Below are positions 63,205 to 64,000 of a DNA stretch of 64,000 bases, in pieces. This DNA is from Candidatus Nomurabacteria bacterium (GTDB taxonomy: Bacteria; Patescibacteriota; Minisyncoccia; Phycocordibacterales; UBA9973): NCBI GenBank assembly GCA_023267215.1, contig JAHFNS010000002.1, positions 192,892 through 256,891 on the forward strand, written 5' to 3'. The notes beneath the pieces are model-generated. The model was not told the origin of the DNA. It did no database searches and worked only from the letters and a program-made list of their open reading frames with translations. Numbering within the stretch: the stretch's first letter is position 1; every line of letters starts with the position of its first letter. Position numbers and translations under genes: made by a program.

Positions 63205-63293
63205 ACAAATAGTGTTTTTTACAACTCGCATATCAACCTGGAAACAATATACGAACTTTTAAGTAGCGTATGTTGCAAAAAACACTATTTGCA
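63205..63293. repeat. Conserved-core hairpin element, copy 4 (diverged core) in the xerD/rpsO divergent intergenic region
   Basis: Perfect 15-bp arms CAAATAGTGTTTTTT / AAAAAACACTATTTG enclose core acAACTCGCATATCAACCTGGAAACAATATACGAACTTTTAAGTAGCGTATGTTGc. Confidence 0.6.
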
Positions 63294-63588
63294 TTTTCTT
63301 GAACTTTATGCTAAGATAAATGACATGTTAACTACAAAGAAAAAGCAAACAATTATAAAGAAAAACCAAGCTCATGAGAAAGACACAGGATCTTCTGCTG
63401 TTCAGGTGGCTATTTTGTCTACACAAATAGAGGAATTAGCAAAACACTTAAAGAAACACAAAAAAGATAATAGTTCTCGTCGTGGACTTATAAAGATGGT
63501 TGCTGATAGACGCACTCATTTAAAATATTTAGAAAGAAAAGACAAGACACAATACAACGCAGTAATGAAGAAGATGAATCTTGCATAG
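63289..63588 (+). CDS. rpsO: 30S ribosomal protein S15 (true start probably ATG ~63313)
   Basis: Conserved S15 sequence ...DTGSSAVQVAILSTQIEELAKHLKKHKKDNSSRRGLIKMVADRRTHLKYL. Confidence 0.85.
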   Translation: MHFLELYAKINDMLTTKKKQTIIKKNQAHEKDTGSSAVQVAILSTQIEELAKHLKKHKKDNSSRRGLIKMVADRRTHLKYLERKDKTQYNAVMKKMNLA

Positions 63589-63723
63589 TCAAAATAATAA
63601 GAAATTACTTTTATAAAACACGACATAATTTTCTGCTGAAAATTTGCTATGCTCGGCTCGTCAGCCTGTGCAATGTTTTCTAAAAGCATTTTCTTATTAT
63701 TTTATTCGTGGTATTATAAAATC

Positions 63724-64000
63724 ATGACAGTAATAAAAAATAAAGAACAAAGAGTGGGAGTTTTTATCGATACACAAAACTTGTATCACTCTGCTCGCAA
63801 CTTATACAAAGCACGAGTAAACTTCGGTGCAGTTTTAAAAGAAGCAGTGGCTGGGAGAAAGCTTGTCCGTGCCGTGGCCTATGTTATCACTTCTGAAGCA
63901 GGCGACGAGAAACTTTTTTTCGAAGCATTGAGTAAGCTTGGTATTGAAACGAAAACAAAAGATCTTCAGGTATTTTATGGTGGTTCAAAGAAAGGTGACT
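63724..64000 (+). CDS. NYN-domain (LabA-like) protein, 5' partial at window end
   Basis: Translation MTVIKNKEQRVGVFIDTQNLYHSARNLYK...RAVAYVITSEAGDEK resembles the NYN protein at 12874-13443. Runs off the window. Confidence 0.5.
   Translation, partial: MTVIKNKEQRVGVFIDTQNLYHSARNLYKARVNFGAVLKEAVAGRKLVRAVAYVITSEAGDEKLFFEALSKLGIETKTKDLQVFYGGSKKGD

Noticed and set aside
1-64000. CRISPR array or cas genes
   Set aside because: I found no regularly spaced direct repeats of 25-40 nt with unique spacers. The repeated hairpins are dispersed, not arrayed, and no Cas-like proteins were recognised.

Overview
This is an AT-rich bacterial chromosomal segment that includes the replication origin neighbourhood. 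On the plus strand runs rpmH-rnpA-yidD-yidC-jag, divergent from dnaA-dnaN on the minus strand, with an AT-rich stretch of DnaA-box-like sites between dnaA and dnaN that is the probable oriC. Many replication and repair genes surround it: a contiguous uvrB-uvrA-uvrC block, holA, polA, ruvB-yebC-ruvC, uvrD/pcrA, xth and xerD. Other housekeeping genes are tyrS, a class-A PBP, ksgA, cca, murI and rpsO. There are five tRNAs (Lys-TTT, Trp-CCA, Pro-TGG, Arg-TCG, Gly-GCC) and a truncated tRNA-Pro fragment. The short proteins, split genes and gene content resemble reduced-genome Patescibacteria/CPR-like bacteria (inference only). Three things are unusual. (1) An ~18 kb minus-strand island at 26.4-44.3 kb encodes a Gram-positive-style minimal type IV secretion-like apparatus. 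Its parts are a VirB4 ATPase split into an N-terminal ORF and an ATPase ORF, a VirB3-like protein, a very large polytopic VirB6-like membrane protein, and a membrane-anchored NlpC/P60 hydrolase. With them sit giant Cys-patterned secreted surface proteins, an ORF6N-domain protein and a pair of paralogous small acidic proteins. There is no VirD4 coupling protein and no relaxase. (2) Several families of GC-rich hairpin mini-elements are scattered through the window, and most sit in-frame inside conserved housekeeping genes (uvrC, uvrA, uvrB, polA, jag, ksgA, uvrD, cca, murI and T4SS genes). This is reminiscent of Rickettsia palindromic elements. Their conserved cores are flanked by copy-specific inverted repeats. 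(3) A conserved ~55-nt core is embedded four times inside long stems of differing sequence that are flanked by an A-tract and a T-tract. Its base-paired ends covary between copies. Three copies sit directly after stop codons, which suggests a structured RNA motif or a mini-element that targets terminator loops. All calls come from reading the sequence and the supplied ORF translations; no database search was run.
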